Position numbers and translations under genes: made by a program. Source: Nemertoderma westbladi (lineage: Eukaryota; Animalia; Xenacoelomorpha). From it: a DNA stretch of 64,000 nucleotides. The notes under the pieces are model-generated. The model saw only the letters and a list, made by a program, of their open reading frames with translations. It searched no databases and was not told the DNA's origin. The first letter of the stretch is position 1; every line of letters begins with the position of its first letter. Of this stretch, positions 39,960-53,663 are shown piece after piece. The stretch is taken from assembly GCA_032718475.1 (NCBI GenBank), contig JAUCBJ010004802.1, positions 1,012 through 65,011 on the forward strand. The letters run 5' to 3'.

Positions 39960-41300
39960 GTAACTGAGTCTGTACTCCCAGATATTCCCATTGGCGATAT
40001 CTTCTTTGCTGAAGTGAAGGATGCTGCAAAGAGCATTAAGACCAATCGTGCCAGTGGAGTAGATGGTGTTCCCCCTGAGGTCTTTAAAATACCTGAGTGT
40101 TTAAAGCTCATCTATCCCATCATAGTAGACATGTACCGAACAACAAGAGTCCCACAAGAAATGAAAACAAATAAGTTGGTGCCAGTTCCCAAGAAGGGCA
40201 ACCTGACACTCTATGGTTCTTTTCGGGGAATCTCTTTGATCTCGATTGCTGCAAAGCTACACAATAGAATTCAAAAAAGAAAGACAGGCATCTGGCTGTT
40301 ATCTTTGTTGACACCTTCAAGGCCTTTGGCTCAGTCTCTCGCTCATGTATGTTCAGCATACTTTCATTATATGGGATTCCTCATGAAATTATTGCAGCAA
40401 TCAGATCAGTATACGATGGTTCGACAACATTTGTGTCTACTGTTGACGGTGACACAGAACCATTCGATTCGAAGTGTTATGGGGAGTCTTTCAGGGAGAC
40501 ACACTTGCGCCATTCTTGTTCATAATTGTGGTTGACTATGTTCTACGCATGTCCTTAGATCATCATAATGATGTTGGGGTTATGGTAACTCCACCTACTG
40601 GCTCCAGAAGTCGAGGAAATCCTGCCAAGTACCTAACTGATATAGACTTGGCTGATGACTTATGAGTACTCTCAGAATAACTAGAGGGAGCCCAACGGCT
40701 CCTCAGCTCATTAGAACATGCTGCTTCTAGTGTTGGTCTTTTTATTAACTCCAGAAAGACCAAAATTTTGACAGTTAACTTTGAAAGTCCTCAGCAAGTC
40801 TCTGATCGGATGAGCATAAGCTCAAAGGATGGTATGCTTGAGCATGTGGACGACTTCTGTTACCTGGGATCATGGATCCGGAAGTCAGGTCAGGACTTTC
40901 GAATTTGGACTTGCTACTTTGGAAGTAACACAGAATTCATCGGAAACTGAACGTCCGATATTTTGAGCCGCAGAAGTTCCAGTACTCCTCTATGGGAGTC
41001 CATGCGGGGCTCTAACTGCTGAGGACACCAAATCTCTGAATGGCACATTCACAACAATGCTACGCCGGGTTCATTGTGTCAAGTACAATGCACACATTTC
41101 CAACCAGACTCTATATAACATTGGAGGTGTCTCATTGGTTCCTCCAAGCTTGACACTAGAACAAAGTCGCCTCCGTTTTGCAGGACATTTCTTTCGCCGT
41201 GAGGACCAGCCAGTGCATAATCTTGTGCTTTGGCAGTCCCATGGAGAAAATATGCATTTTCGTGAGACGCATCCTAAAGGACAAAGGCCTTGAAGATGCG
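39960..41300 (+). mobile_element. Degenerate RTE-type LINE RT fragment in the CDF intron
   Basis: RASGVDGVPPEV, FRGISLIS, GVFQGDTLAP, LADDL, FCYLGS, RLRFAGH spread over several frames. Confidence 0.88.
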
Positions 41301-42522
41301 TGCGGGGTAGGGAGTTGTGACGGTGCAATTTTGTTGATATCCGGCATAGCATTTTTAATGCACGCTGCATTAATGCACCTTGCCAATTGTGGATTGCATG
41401 GGGACAAAATATTTTTGTTAAGCTGGCATAACATCTCAATGTGCAGTTTCAATGCAACAGGGCGATTACAGTTATACCAGTAAAGCAAAGGATAGTACTG
41501 AACTGCATGCTGATTGGATCCGGTTCCTTGGTTGCCTGGCGACAATGCTTTCTACGTAGTATTAGACTCTTTCAATTTATTTTTTAGCAGCATATAAGTA
41601 AAATTTAATGCTGATAATTTTTTTCACTGTTTTCCTGAGGGTTTATAGTGGTTTCCTTATGTTTTACGGTGATTACTTAAGGGGTACCATGCGAGGAGTA
41701 CATTTAGGATTGCCAATTTAGAATAGTACATGTGTTAAATTTCCTGCTGATCAATATTTTCCTATGTTTTCCTTGTGTTTTACTGTTTTACTAGTGTTTT
41801 CCTAATTTAGAACTATCCCATACATGGCCTAAAAAGTAAAATGAATGTTATCCAATGGGTCACACTTTTCCCTAGGGAAGATTGTACCCCCTTTCTCCCG
41901 ATTTCGGGTTATATTCGAGTGAAAAAAGTAATAACTTAAGATTAAATTATTTGTTATCCGTACACCCAAACCCTGGAGAAAAATGAGTGCCGAAAGGGAA
42001 AAAGCAACCCACAGGATTGCATTGATTTTGCATTTTGAAAAAAAAAAACAGAAATTGAAAATAAGAAAATATGAAATAATTTTTTGGTGGAATTTGTTTA
42101 ATTTATTACTTTACATGTGTTGAAATAGCATAAAAAGGTTTACACGTAATTGGCAAATACCATGCACACACTCCAAATAAACTTTAATGTCTGCTCCGGT
42201 TTACAATAAAACAAATCAATATCCAATATTTCTTTATATAGTTGAGCTGCCTCTACTTCCGTCATCATCCCAAATATATTAATTATAATCCTAAAGTCGC
42301 TAGCAAAACAACAACTTACACCCAAACCAACCCACCTAACTTTATTTTACACCAATAATAATATTTAATTACAATTGCAATGTGTCCTTTTTAATATTTA
42401 TTTATTTACCCCAAGGCGCCAAGGGGTGTATCTTTTCTTACTATATTACTCTATATATGACTAATAACTACTACATATTTATTAACAACATATTAAATTG
42501 ACTGCCTCATTGCATTATTTAG

Positions 42523-42981
42523 GTTCTATCACAAGACCACCGTAACGATGTTCTCTCTAACATTGCGGCCATTTTGTTCGGAACTTTGGGCGCCTATCTC
42601 TGGTCCAACCTCGATCCCATCGGCGCTATACTCATCTCTCTCTACATCCTCTACAGCTGGTGCCGTACTGGTCTGGGGTCCATCCAACAGCTGACTGGTC
42701 GTACCGCCCCCGCCGTGTTCCTACGGACCCTCACCTGGATCGCGCTCAACCACAGCCCCGAGATCCTAAAGATCGACACCGTCCGCGCGTTCCATCACGG
42801 ATTCAACTACCTCGTCGAGGTTGACATCGTGCTCCCGGAGGACATGACCTTGCGATTGGTCCACGATATCGGGGAATCCCTCCAGGTTAAACTCGAGAGA
42901 TTAAACGAGGTGGAACGTTGCTTCGTACATATCGACTACGAGTTCCAACACAAAGCGAGCCACGAGCACAAAGAGGTTTAG
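42523..42981 (+). CDS. Mn-type cation diffusion facilitator, coding exon 2 (382 aa in total)
   Basis: tttag acceptor; VLSQDHRNDVLSN (DxxxD), DPIGAILIS, IDTVRAFH, VEVDIVLP, HDIGESLQ, VERCFVHIDYE..H...EH. Confidence 0.92.
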   Translation, partial: VLSQDHRNDVLSNIAAILFGTLGAYLWSNLDPIGAILISLYILYSWCRTGLGSIQQLTGRTAPAVFLRTLTWIALNHSPEILKIDTVRAFHHGFNYLVEVDIVLPEDMTLRLVHDIGESLQVKLERLNEVERCFVHIDYEFQHKASHEHKEV

Positions 42982-43629
42982 CATAGAGATTGATTGGCGT
43001 TACTCAACGGCGTTACATTATTATAGTTACAGACAATCTAGGATAAGTAGAGTTGTAAAGCAAATAGATTAGATTAATAAAATTAAAATATTTCTGTATA
43101 ACAAAGGAATTAACTATTTATTACTGCAGATTACTTTAGAAACAAATAGGCGTTCCCAGGCAACCCACCACGGGATGTATAATTCGCAGAACGATCTTTG
43201 TTAATCAATATAATGCTTATTTCTATTTTTTTTCCTACTGTTTACGTAATTTTATATTAAATTAAACTGACTACTTTGCGGTGAAATCGCACCGCTATAC
43301 CACCTTCTCAGTTGCCCTGGCAATAACCACTCCCTAACTCACTGGGCTACAAATAATGCTTTCTAAAGTTGACTACATTTTTTACTCGATAATACTGTAT
43401 AGCGTATACACTACAGTGAACCTTATAGTAATTTAATTTTTACTATTAATTTTAATGTACCTTATTTTAATAATCCCACCGATCTAATGTGCCCGAATAT
43501 GGGCTTAATATAAATATTATTTATACGTCATTTTATTTCTCGAAATTGCCTTTTATCACTATTTTTGCTCGCAGTATACCATAGAACCGGTTAAAGGATC
43601 CCACATCCCCTTGGATTTGCGGTATCTCT

Positions 43630-44661
43630 GAGTTTACCAGTGAATAAGTTTACCAGTGGATGAGTTTACCAGTGGATATGTTTACCAGTGAATAAGTTTA
43701 CCAGTGGATGAGTTTACCAGTGGATGAGTTATAAGTTTAACAGTGGATGAGTTATAAGTTTACCAGTGGATAAGTTGACCAGTGGATAAGTTGACCAGTG
43801 GATAAGTTTACCAGTGGATATAAGTTTACCAGTGGATAAGTTTACCAGTGGATAAGTTTACCAGTGGATAGGTTTACTAGTGGAAAGTTTACCAGTGGAT
43901 GAGTTATAAGTTTACCATTGTATAAGTTTACCAGTGGATAAGTTAACCATGGGATAAGTTTACCAGTGGATGAGTTATAAGTTTACCAGTGGATAAGTTT
44001 ACCAGTGGATGAGTTATACCTTTACCAGTGGATGAGTTATAAGTTTACCAGTGGATAAGTTAACCATGGGATAAGTTTACCAGTGGATGAGTTATAAGTT
44101 TACCAGTGGATAAGTTTACCAGTGGATGAGTTATACCTTTACCAGTGGATGAGTTATAAGTTTACCAGTGGATAAGTTTACCAGTGGATAAGTTAACCAT
44201 GGGATAAGTTTACCAGTAGATAAGTTCTAAGTTTACCAGGGGATAAGTTTACCAGTGGAGGAGTTTACTAGTGGATAAGTTAACCACGGGATAAGTTTAC
44301 CAGTGGATAAGTTCTAAGTTTACCAGTGGATACGTTTACCAGTGGATGAGTTTACTAGTGGATAAGTTAACCATGGGATAAGTTTACCAGTGGATAAGTT
44401 ATACGTTTTCCAGTGGATAAGTTTACCAGTGGATTAGTTTACCAGTGGATAAGTTTACCAGTGGATTAGTTTACCAGTGGATAAGTTAACCAGTGGATGA
44501 GTTATAAGTTTACCAGTGGATGAGTTATAAGTTTACCAGTGGATGAGTTATAAGTTTACCAGTGGATAAGTTATAAGTTTACCAGTGGATGAGTTATAAG
44601 TTTACCAGTGGATGAGTTATAAGTTTACCAGTGGATGAGTTATAAGTTTACCAGTGGATAA
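43630..44661. repeat. 16-bp minisatellite (aagtttaccagtggat) with longer variants
   Basis: Direct reading. Confidence 0.93.
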
Positions 44662-44797
44662 ATTGAAAAGTGTTGCGCTGCTGAAATGCAACGAATTACG
44701 GTTGTTGACTGATGATACGGAAATGATATCGATGAAGGGACAACCAGTTGTTTTTCTATAAACAAAGCCATTTTCTACAATAACATATAAACAATTA

Positions 44798-44928
44798 AAT
44801 GTGTCATAGGAGCTGGGGTATGAAACATGAATGTGTCATAGGAGCTGGGGTATGAAACATGAATGTGTCATAGGAGTTGGGGTATTAAACATGAATGTGT
44901 CATAGGAGCTGGGGTATGAAACATGAAT
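44798..44928. repeat. 32-bp tandem repeat, 4 copies
   Basis: atgtgtcataggagctggggtatgaaacatga. Confidence 0.9.
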
Positions 44929-45912
44929 GAAACAATTAATTAATTACACGATTAATTAATTAAAAGATTAATTAATTACACGATTGCGTGACTTTTAAGT
45001 CTCAGTGATACTGTACGCAATTACCATTTCAATAGGCTAAGCCAATCAAATCAATATTTAGTAATTTTAGATTGTCCAATAGCTGATATGATATTGGGAC
45101 CTTTAATACTATACAATAGAGGCACTCGGGCCGTTAATAAACAACGTTAGTAGAATAGAGGATAGATATTATTATTATTATTGTACGTGGCCTACACTAC
45201 TGTAGGCTTACACGGGTTACACCTAAATTACATAAACAGATCACAGTCTTTGATTGTCCATGATGCATTTATTTCAATCCAATATTGATTTATTTAATTG
45301 AGTCCGCGATTTCGAGGCATCTCACATACCGCCAAATCTTGGCTAAAAAATAAAACCAAAATATTAATTAGCCTATTAAATATTTTGTAGTCAGCAGTTG
45401 TCATCGTCTAATTACATCATTTTATTATATCAATACTAATTAAGCCTACGTGCATCATTTTAATAAATTATCAACAACTGCAAATATAATTCTGAACTAA
45501 TAAGTTTGATGATTAATAACTAACGTTGAGCTTAAAAGTATTACCCCCGACTTTTATTAAACTATACACAGTATTAATAACTACAACAGTATATAACAGT
45601 ATAACACTGCACTTGTAGTAGACCGTTCTTTTATCTAAATACACTAGTTTACTTTCACTTTCACAATGTATTCAATGTTGTACATGTAGTCCTACTACTA
45701 ATTTAACGTACCTAAATTGTTGGGATTTTGGGTGATGGAATAGAGTGACATTAAACATAGTGGGAGGGATGGACCCATAATCCGAGTTGGTTGTCCTGTA
45801 ACCAGGGTGACAGCGACGGGAAGTGGGGGGTCCGTAGCCCTCGTACACGGTCGTAGTTAATCCTAATTGGTCGAATGTTAGACGACCTTTACCAGTCTAT
45901 GATAAATATAAG

Positions 45913-47152
45913 GGTAATGGTGAAAAATATCGAGACTTCAAAAACATCGAGAGTAAAAATAACAAAAGTAAAAATATCGAGAGTAAAAATAACGAGAGTA
46001 AAAATATCGAGAGTAAAAATAACGAGTGGTGAAAATTAACGTGATTAAAAAATATCGAGAGTAAAAATAACGCGAGATGAAAAATATCGAAAATAACGAG
46101 TGTTGAAAAATATCGAGTGTTGAAAAATATCGAGAGTAAAAATATCGAGTGTTGAAAAATATCGAGTGTTGAAAAATATCGAGTGTTGAAAAATATCGAG
46201 TGTTGAAAAATATCGAGAGTAAAAATATCGAGTGTTGAAAAATATCGAGAGTAAAAATATCGAGTGTTGAAAAATATCGAGAGTAAAAATATCGAGTGTT
46301 GAAAAATATCGAGTGTTGAAAAATATCGAGAGTAAAAATATCGAGTGTTGAAAAATATCGAGAGTAAAAATATCGAGAGTTGAAAAATATCGAGAGTAAA
46401 AATAACGAGTGTTGGAAATTAACGTGATTAAAAAATATCGAGAGTAAAAATAACGAGTGTTGAAAAATATCGAGAGTAAAAATATCGAGAGTTGAAAAAT
46501 ATCGAGAGTAAAAATATCGAGGGTTGAAAAATATCGAGAGTAAAAATATCGAGTGTTGAAAAATATCGAGAGTAAAAATATCGAGTGTTGAAAAATATCG
46601 AGTGTTGAAAAATATCGAGAGTAAAAATATTGCATTTTGCTTGAGCATTTTATTTAGAATTATGGGACAATATTGCAGTGCATGGGTTACAACAGTGCAA
46701 GTGCAAATAAATGGCATTAATACACCTTGGGTACCCATTCACCCGATTTATTATACTAGCTGGTTTTTGCTATTTTTTTTATAAATATTATAGGATAAGT
46801 GCTAGCTATCAATTTTGATAAATATTTTTGTTCTAGTCACATTTTTTAATTCTAGATGACATTTTCAATTTTTTAAAATAGCTAGCTAGTATTTTCTACT
46901 TCTTTTTATAAATGTTATAGAACACGTGTAAGCTACCAATGTTGATAAATATGTTTTGTTCTAGAACACATTTTTTGTTCTAGAACATTTTAGGAAAACA
47001 ATTATCATACAACCCTTATTTTAAAAAATTATTACTATCGATATTTTTACTCTCGATATTTTTACTCTCGTTATTTTTCAACACTCGATATTTTTACTCG
47101 CGTTATTTTTACTCTCGATATTTTTCATGTCTCGATATTTTTCAATATAACC
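45913..47152. mobile_element. Merlin-like non-autonomous DNA transposon with expanded subterminal repeats
   Basis: TIRs ggtaatggtgaaaaatatcgagac / gtctcgatatttttcaatataacc, perfect 8-bp TSD AATATAAG (45905-45912, 47153-47160), GG...CC ends; TTCTAGAA-rich interior like 4670-5830. Confidence 0.8.
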
Positions 47153-47160
47153 AATATAAG

Positions 47161-47382
47161 TCGTAGTTACAGTAGTTCTAACAATGCGATAAGAACCTAT
47201 GACACCCGACACCACACCCCACCATTAATTAGGTTTAACTAAATAATACGCGAGATCTACAGGGCTGTGTGTCGTAGTTACAGTAGTTCTAACAATGCGA
47301 TAAGAACCTATGACACCCGACACCCCACCCCACCATTAATTAGGTTTAACTAAATAATACGCGAGATCTACAGTGCTGTGTG
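47161..47382. repeat. 111-bp tandem duplication
   Basis: tcgtagttacagtagttctaacaatgcgataag...gagatctacag twice. Confidence 0.85.
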
Positions 47383-47479
47383 TGCTGGTCGCACTGCACT
47401 AGATATATGGCAATAATCTAAGCTTGAGTAACAAAATAAAGTATTATATATATCTACTGTCTGTGTCTGTGTCTTATCA

Positions 47480-47650
47480 AAGTCCTACAAACGTATCCGA
47501 AGGACTTCTGATCCATATTTATAAGTAGGGCCTAAATAAATCATCAACATGGTCCAGCATACCATCCTTAGAGCTTATATAATCATACGATCAGACATTT
47601 CCTGAGAATGGTCGAAGTTAACTGTTTTGGTCTTCATGGAGTTACAAAAA
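47480..47650 (-). mobile_element. Short RTE fragment, same family as 39960-41300
   Basis: Reverse complement aligns with ~40745-40900 (aagaccaaaa..acagttaactt..tctgatcg..taagctc.aaggatggtatgct). Confidence 0.6.
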
Positions 47651-47669
47651 AACTATACAATAAATGACA

Positions 47670-50015
47670 ATATTCTATTGTTTCTGCACCTTGTTCACCA
47701 TATTATATTGTTTCTGCACCTTGTTCACCATATTCACTTGTTTCTGTACCTTGTTCACCATATTCTATTGTTTCTGCACCTTGTTCACCATATTCTATTG
47801 TTTCTGCACCTTGTTCACCATATTATATTGTTTCTGCACCTTGTTCACCATATTCTATTGTTTCTGCACCTTGTTCACCATATTATATTGTTTCTGCACC
47901 TTGTTCACCATATTCTATTGTTTCTGTACCTTGTTCACCATATTCTATTGTTTCTGCACCTTGTTCACCATAATCTATTGTTTCTGTACCTTGTTCACCA
48001 TATTCTATTGTTTCTGCACCTTGTTCACCATATTCTATTGTTTCTGCACCTTGTTCACCATATTCTATTGTTTCTGCACCTTGTTCACTAAATTCTATTG
48101 TTTCTGCACCTTGTTTACCAAATTCTATTGTTTCTGCACCTTGTTCACCATATTCTATTGTTTCTGTACCTTGTTCACCATATTCTATTGTTTCTGCACC
48201 TTGTTCACCATAATCTATTGTTTCTGTACCTTATTCACCATATTCTATTGTTTCTGTACCTTGTTCACCATATTATATTGTTTCTGCACCTTGTTCACCA
48301 TATTTTATTGTTTCTGCACCTTGTTCACCATATTCTATTGTTTCTGTACCTTGTTCACCATATTCTATTGTTTCTGCACCTTGTTAACCATAATCTATTG
48401 TTTCTGTACCTTGTTCACCATATTCTATTGTTTCTGCACCTTGTTCACCATATTCTATTGTTTCTGCACCTTGTTCACCATATTATATTGTTTCTGCACC
48501 TTGTACACTAAATTCTATTGTTTCTGCACCTTGTTCACCATATTCTATTGTTTCTGTACCTTGTTCACCATATTCTATTGTTTCTGCACCTTGTTCACCA
48601 TATTCTATTGTTTCTGTACCTTGTTCACCATATTCTATTGTTTCTGCACCTTGTTCACCATAATCTATTGTTTCTGTACCTTATTCACCATATTCTATTG
48701 TTTCTGCACCTTGTTCACCATATTCTATTGTTTCTGCACCTTGTTCGCCATATTCTATTGTTTCTGCACCTTGTTCACCATATTATATTGTTTCTGCACC
48801 TTGTTCACCATATTCTATTGTTTCTGCACCTTGTTCACCATATTCTATTGTTTCTGTACCTTGTTCACCATATTCTATTGTTTCTGCACCTTGTTCACCA
48901 TAATCTATTGTTTCTGTACCTGGTTCACCATATTCTATTGTTTCTGCACCTTGTTCACCATATTCTATTGTTTCTGCACCTTGTTCACCATATTCTCTTG
49001 TTTCTGCACCTTGTTGACTAAATTCGATTGTTTCTGCACCTTGTTTACCAAATTCTATTGTTTCTGCACCTTGTTCACCATATTCTATTGTTTCTGCACC
49101 TTGTTCACCATATTCTATTGTTTCTGCACCTTGTTCACCATAATCTATTGTTTCTGTACCTTATTCACCATATTCTATTGTTTCTGCACCTTGTTCACCA
49201 TATTATATTGTTTCTGCACCTTGTTCGCCATATTCTATTGTTTCTGCACCTTGTTCACTAAATTATATTGTTTCTGCACCTTGTTCACCATATTCTATTG
49301 TTTCTGCACCTTGTTCACCATATTCTATTGTTTCTGCACCTTGTTCACCAAATTCTATTCTTTCTGCACCCTGTTCACCAAATTCTATTGTTTCTGCACC
49401 TTGTTCACCATATTGTATTGTTTCTACACCTTGTTCACCATATTCTATTGTTTCTGCACCTTGTTCACTAAATTCTATTGTTTCTGCACCTTGTTCACCA
49501 AATTCTATTGTTTCAACACCTTGTTCACCATATTCTATTGTTTCTGCACCTTGATCACCACATTATATTGTTTCTGCACCTTGTTCACCATATTCTATTG
49601 TTTCTGCACCTTGTTCACCATATTCTATTGTTTCTGCACCTTGTTCACCATTTTATATTGTTTCTGCACCTTGTTCACAATATTCTATTGTTTCTGCACC
49701 TTGTTCACCAAATTCTATTGTTTCTACATCTTGTTCAGCACATTCTATTGTTTCTGCACCTTGTTCACCATATTCTATTGTTTCTGCACCTTGTTCACCA
49801 TATTCTATTGTTTCTGCACCTTGTTCACCATTTTATATTGTTTCTGCACCTTGTTCACCATATTCTATTGTTTCTGCACCTTGTTCACCGAATTATATTG
49901 TTTCTACACCTTGTTCACCATATTCTATTGTTTCTGCGCCTTGTTCACCATATTCTATTGTTTCTGCACCTTGTTCACCATTTTATATTGTTTCTGCACC
50001 TTGTTCAGTTCACCA
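47670..50015. repeat. 30-bp minisatellite (tattctattgtttctgcaccttgttcacca), ~78 units
   Basis: Direct reading; perfectly in register with no indels. Confidence 0.95.
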
Positions 50016-52267
50016 TAATCTGTTGTTTCAGGCCAATTCGCGCACAAACCATATTATGAATTGAGATGCATTTATGAAAATGGATCATTCTGCTTTTACT
50101 AAGAATTAAAAACACTCACCTGTTCTTTGCTCTGTAAGTCAGCCATATATTATATTAAATACATTTATTTTTAAAAGGTTAAATTAATCGACAGTGTAAT
50201 TAATGTAAATGTGGATCTACACAAATGAACTTTAATTATTAAAAATTAATAATAAGTATATACGTCATTGTTCAACAAATAGCACATTATAGCGTCACGG
50301 CACGAGTGATTTTATTAACGAGGGCCGTAAAAGCTTTAATGTGCTAATTATGAACAATGGCGAATGTAATTTTATTTATTTGTGGTGAATTATTTGTAGT
50401 TATGCACTCAAACTTTCTAGTAATAATAATGAACTCGGTGAAAACTATTAATAGTAGAACTGTGGGTCACCAAAGAGCGGTGATAATTATCCATATTTTC
50501 TATTTGTGCAGTCACCTAGCAACACCAACTAACTATTCATGCTGCCATACTGCCAACCAATCAGCATTATATCCCTGGAACCCAGGAAGTAGGGACAGCT
50601 GAATATCAGCTGTTTATTAAACATCAATAATACTGTAATACAATAGTGCAGAATTTAGGTGTCGGAGCTAGGTAGCCTAATCTCACAAAGTTGACACGAC
50701 TTTCTGACTCTGACAGTATGAGTTACCACCTATACCTATACAATACTCTGAACTGTCAGAATGGTTTTAAATGTTAATCAGTTAGTGTAGCAGTCGATTA
50801 TGGATTACATTCCCTGACTGGGTACCGGAACCGCTGTAACTGATGCACTGTCTGACTGAATTGAACTGAACTAAGGTTAGGTAGTAAAACGGCAGAACGG
50901 TACTATGCCCTGCCGTACAATATGAAGTATTTTTATTACACAAAATTTATTTTTAACAGCTTTATAACTGAAGTGTGTGCGTGTAGACCTGGACATTCCT
51001 GGTTTTAGGACCTCTGGTTTTGGTTTGACTATTTGAGGGACTATTTATTTTTTAATCTGATAATATGTACAGGACAGCTGTACCGGTATGAAATAAGAAA
51101 CCCACCCATGTTACAATAACTGAATAAGGCCTAGAGCGCAGAGCGGCCTCAACTATAATCTGCTAATTTAGTACGGTACCGGTAATTAAACTTACCATCC
51201 GCTGTTCGTTTTAGGACTGCATTTTTGTGTTGTTTGTAGGCCCATCTGTTTCTTATACTTTTGTACTGTTGTTCAGTACAATTCAGTAATTCAGTAACAT
51301 AATTTGTCAGTGATGTTGGTTTTTATGGTTAGGGTTTGTTAGTCAGTTAGTGCGTGTAGTGTGTTGTGTTCAATATACGATGTTTTTTTTTACATTCGCG
51401 TGCGTCAGTGCGTAGGCCTATGCCAAAATTATACGCGTATATGAAATTGCACACACACTCATGTTAAATAGTGCATCCCGCATCCCGGTACGCATATTTA
51501 TATTTTAGCTCCTAGGCCTAATGTAATATGTTCGCTTTTAATAACGGTTTCTACAGTTCTATGTGTTTTACTGGCGTTGAATGCGTTGAATGCTTCAACT
51601 TGAAGCATTCCATGGTATACCGGTATACAATATAGCATTATGCAGTACGATTTGTGTTTGGCAACTCCTGAGCCGAAATAACACCACGCGAAAGGCTGAA
51701 ATAGAGAATTAGCATCACAATGGCTTGTCCTGACTGCGAACCTGTAACCACCGTTAACGTGACAACCTGACTGTACCAGGACAACAGGTTATTAAACAGT
51801 ACTACACTACTGTATGTATATTCAGGGGCATTGTTGAGGGAGGACTAAACATTATTATTCAACAATGTTTAATATATATAATATTGTTCTGTTCATATTG
51901 GCCTAATGTTAATCATTGTTCCTCTTAGTTGGGGTAACAATCTAGGCATTAGGTTGTCATCGAAAAATATATTATATAAGTTTTCATTACATATGTTGTT
52001 TAGCCTACCTAGCATGTTTACAGGCAGACAGGATTACTCTTGCCGATTAACTTTACGATAATCGATTATTCTCGGCTTGTCCATTCTGTAGTAGCTAAAA
52101 CTTATTTATGGTACACATTGGTTCGTGAATGATTTCGCATAGCAAGTGAAGAATGCGGTTTATTGCAATACACCACAGACAAAACGAAAGCTTATCTCTC
52201 TCTTCTCTCTGCTTTAGAGTTTTATGTTAGTCAGTGAGGCAAAGAGGGCGCTCATCTAACTCCCTAG

Positions 52268-53663
52268 AGTCAACTATCCTTAAATATCTAACGGCCTACA
52301 ACTGTGTTTGTCGGGTCAACTATCCTTAACTATCTAATGGCCTACAATTATGTTTGTCGGGTCAACTATCCTTAACTATCTAATGGCCTACAATTGTGTT
52401 TGTCGGGTCAACTATCCTTAAATATCTAACGGCCTACAACTGTGTTTGTCGGGTCAACTATCCTTAACTATCTAATGGCCTACAATTGTGTTTGTCGGGT
52501 CAACTATCCTTAACTATCTAATGGCCTACAACTGTGTTTGTCGGGTCAACTATCCTTAACTATCTAATGGCCTACAATTGTGTTTGTCGGGTCAACTATC
52601 CTTAACTATCTAATGGCCTACAACTGTGTTTGTCGGGTCAACTATCCTTAACTATCTAATGGCCTGCAATTGTGTTTGTCGGGTCAACTATCCTTAACTA
52701 TCTAATGGCCTACAACTGTGTTTGTCGGGTCAACTATCCTTAACTATCTAATGGCCTACAACTGTGTTTGTCGGGTCAACTATCCTTAACTATCTAATGG
52801 CTACAAACTATCCTTAACTATCTAATGGCCTACAACTGTGTTTGTCGGGTCAACTATCCTTAACTATCTAATGGCCTGCAATTGTGTTTGTCGGGTCAAC
52901 TATCCTTAACTATCTAATGGCTACAAACTATCCTTAACTATCTAATGGCCTACAACTGTGTTTGTCGGGTCAACTATCCTTAACTATCTAATGGCCTACA
53001 ATTGTGTTTGTCGGGTCAACTATCCTTAACTATCTAATGGCCTACAATTGTGTTTGTCGGGTCAACTATCCTTAAATATCTAACGGCCTACAACTGTGTT
53101 TGTCGGGTCAACTATCCTTAACTATATCTAATGGCCTACAATTGTGTTTGTCGGGTCAACTATCCTTAACTATCTAATGGCCTACAACTGTGTTTGTCGG
53201 GTCAACTATCCTTAACTATCTAATGGCCTACAATTGTGTTTGTCGGGTCAACTATCCTTAACTATCTAATGGCCTACAACTATGTTTGTCGGGTCAACTA
53301 TCCTTAACTATCTAACGGCCTACAACTGTGTTTGTCGGGTCAACTATCCTTAACTATCTAATAGCCTACAAACTATCCTTAACTATCTAATGGCCTACAA
53401 CTGTGTTCGTCGGGTCAACTGTCCTTAACTATCTAATGGCCTACAACTGTGTTTGTCGGGTCAACTATCCTTAACTATCTAATGGCCTACAACTGTGTTT
53501 GTCGGGTCAACTATCCTTAACTATCTAATCGCCTACAACTGTGTTTGTCGGGTCAACTAACAATTAATAAACGTTGTAATATCCTTAACTATCTAATGGC
53601 CTACAACTGTGTTTGTCGGGTCAACTATCCTTAACTATCTCATGGCCTAGAACTGTGTTTGTC
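52268..53663. repeat. 46-bp minisatellite (gtcaactatccttaactatctaatggcctacaactgtgtttgtcgg), ~30 units
   Basis: Direct reading; occasional internally deleted units. Confidence 0.95.

Noticed and set aside
45938-46738. 266-aa and 196-aa ORFs
   Set aside because: Translations of transposon subterminal repeats.
47627-50059. Long Cys- or His-rich repeat ORFs (784 aa FTIFYCFCTL; HHILLFLHLV) and minus-strand YGEQGAETIE frame
   Set aside because: Open only because the unit is 30 bp; composition implausible; the more protein-like minus frame is broken by recurrent TAA variants.
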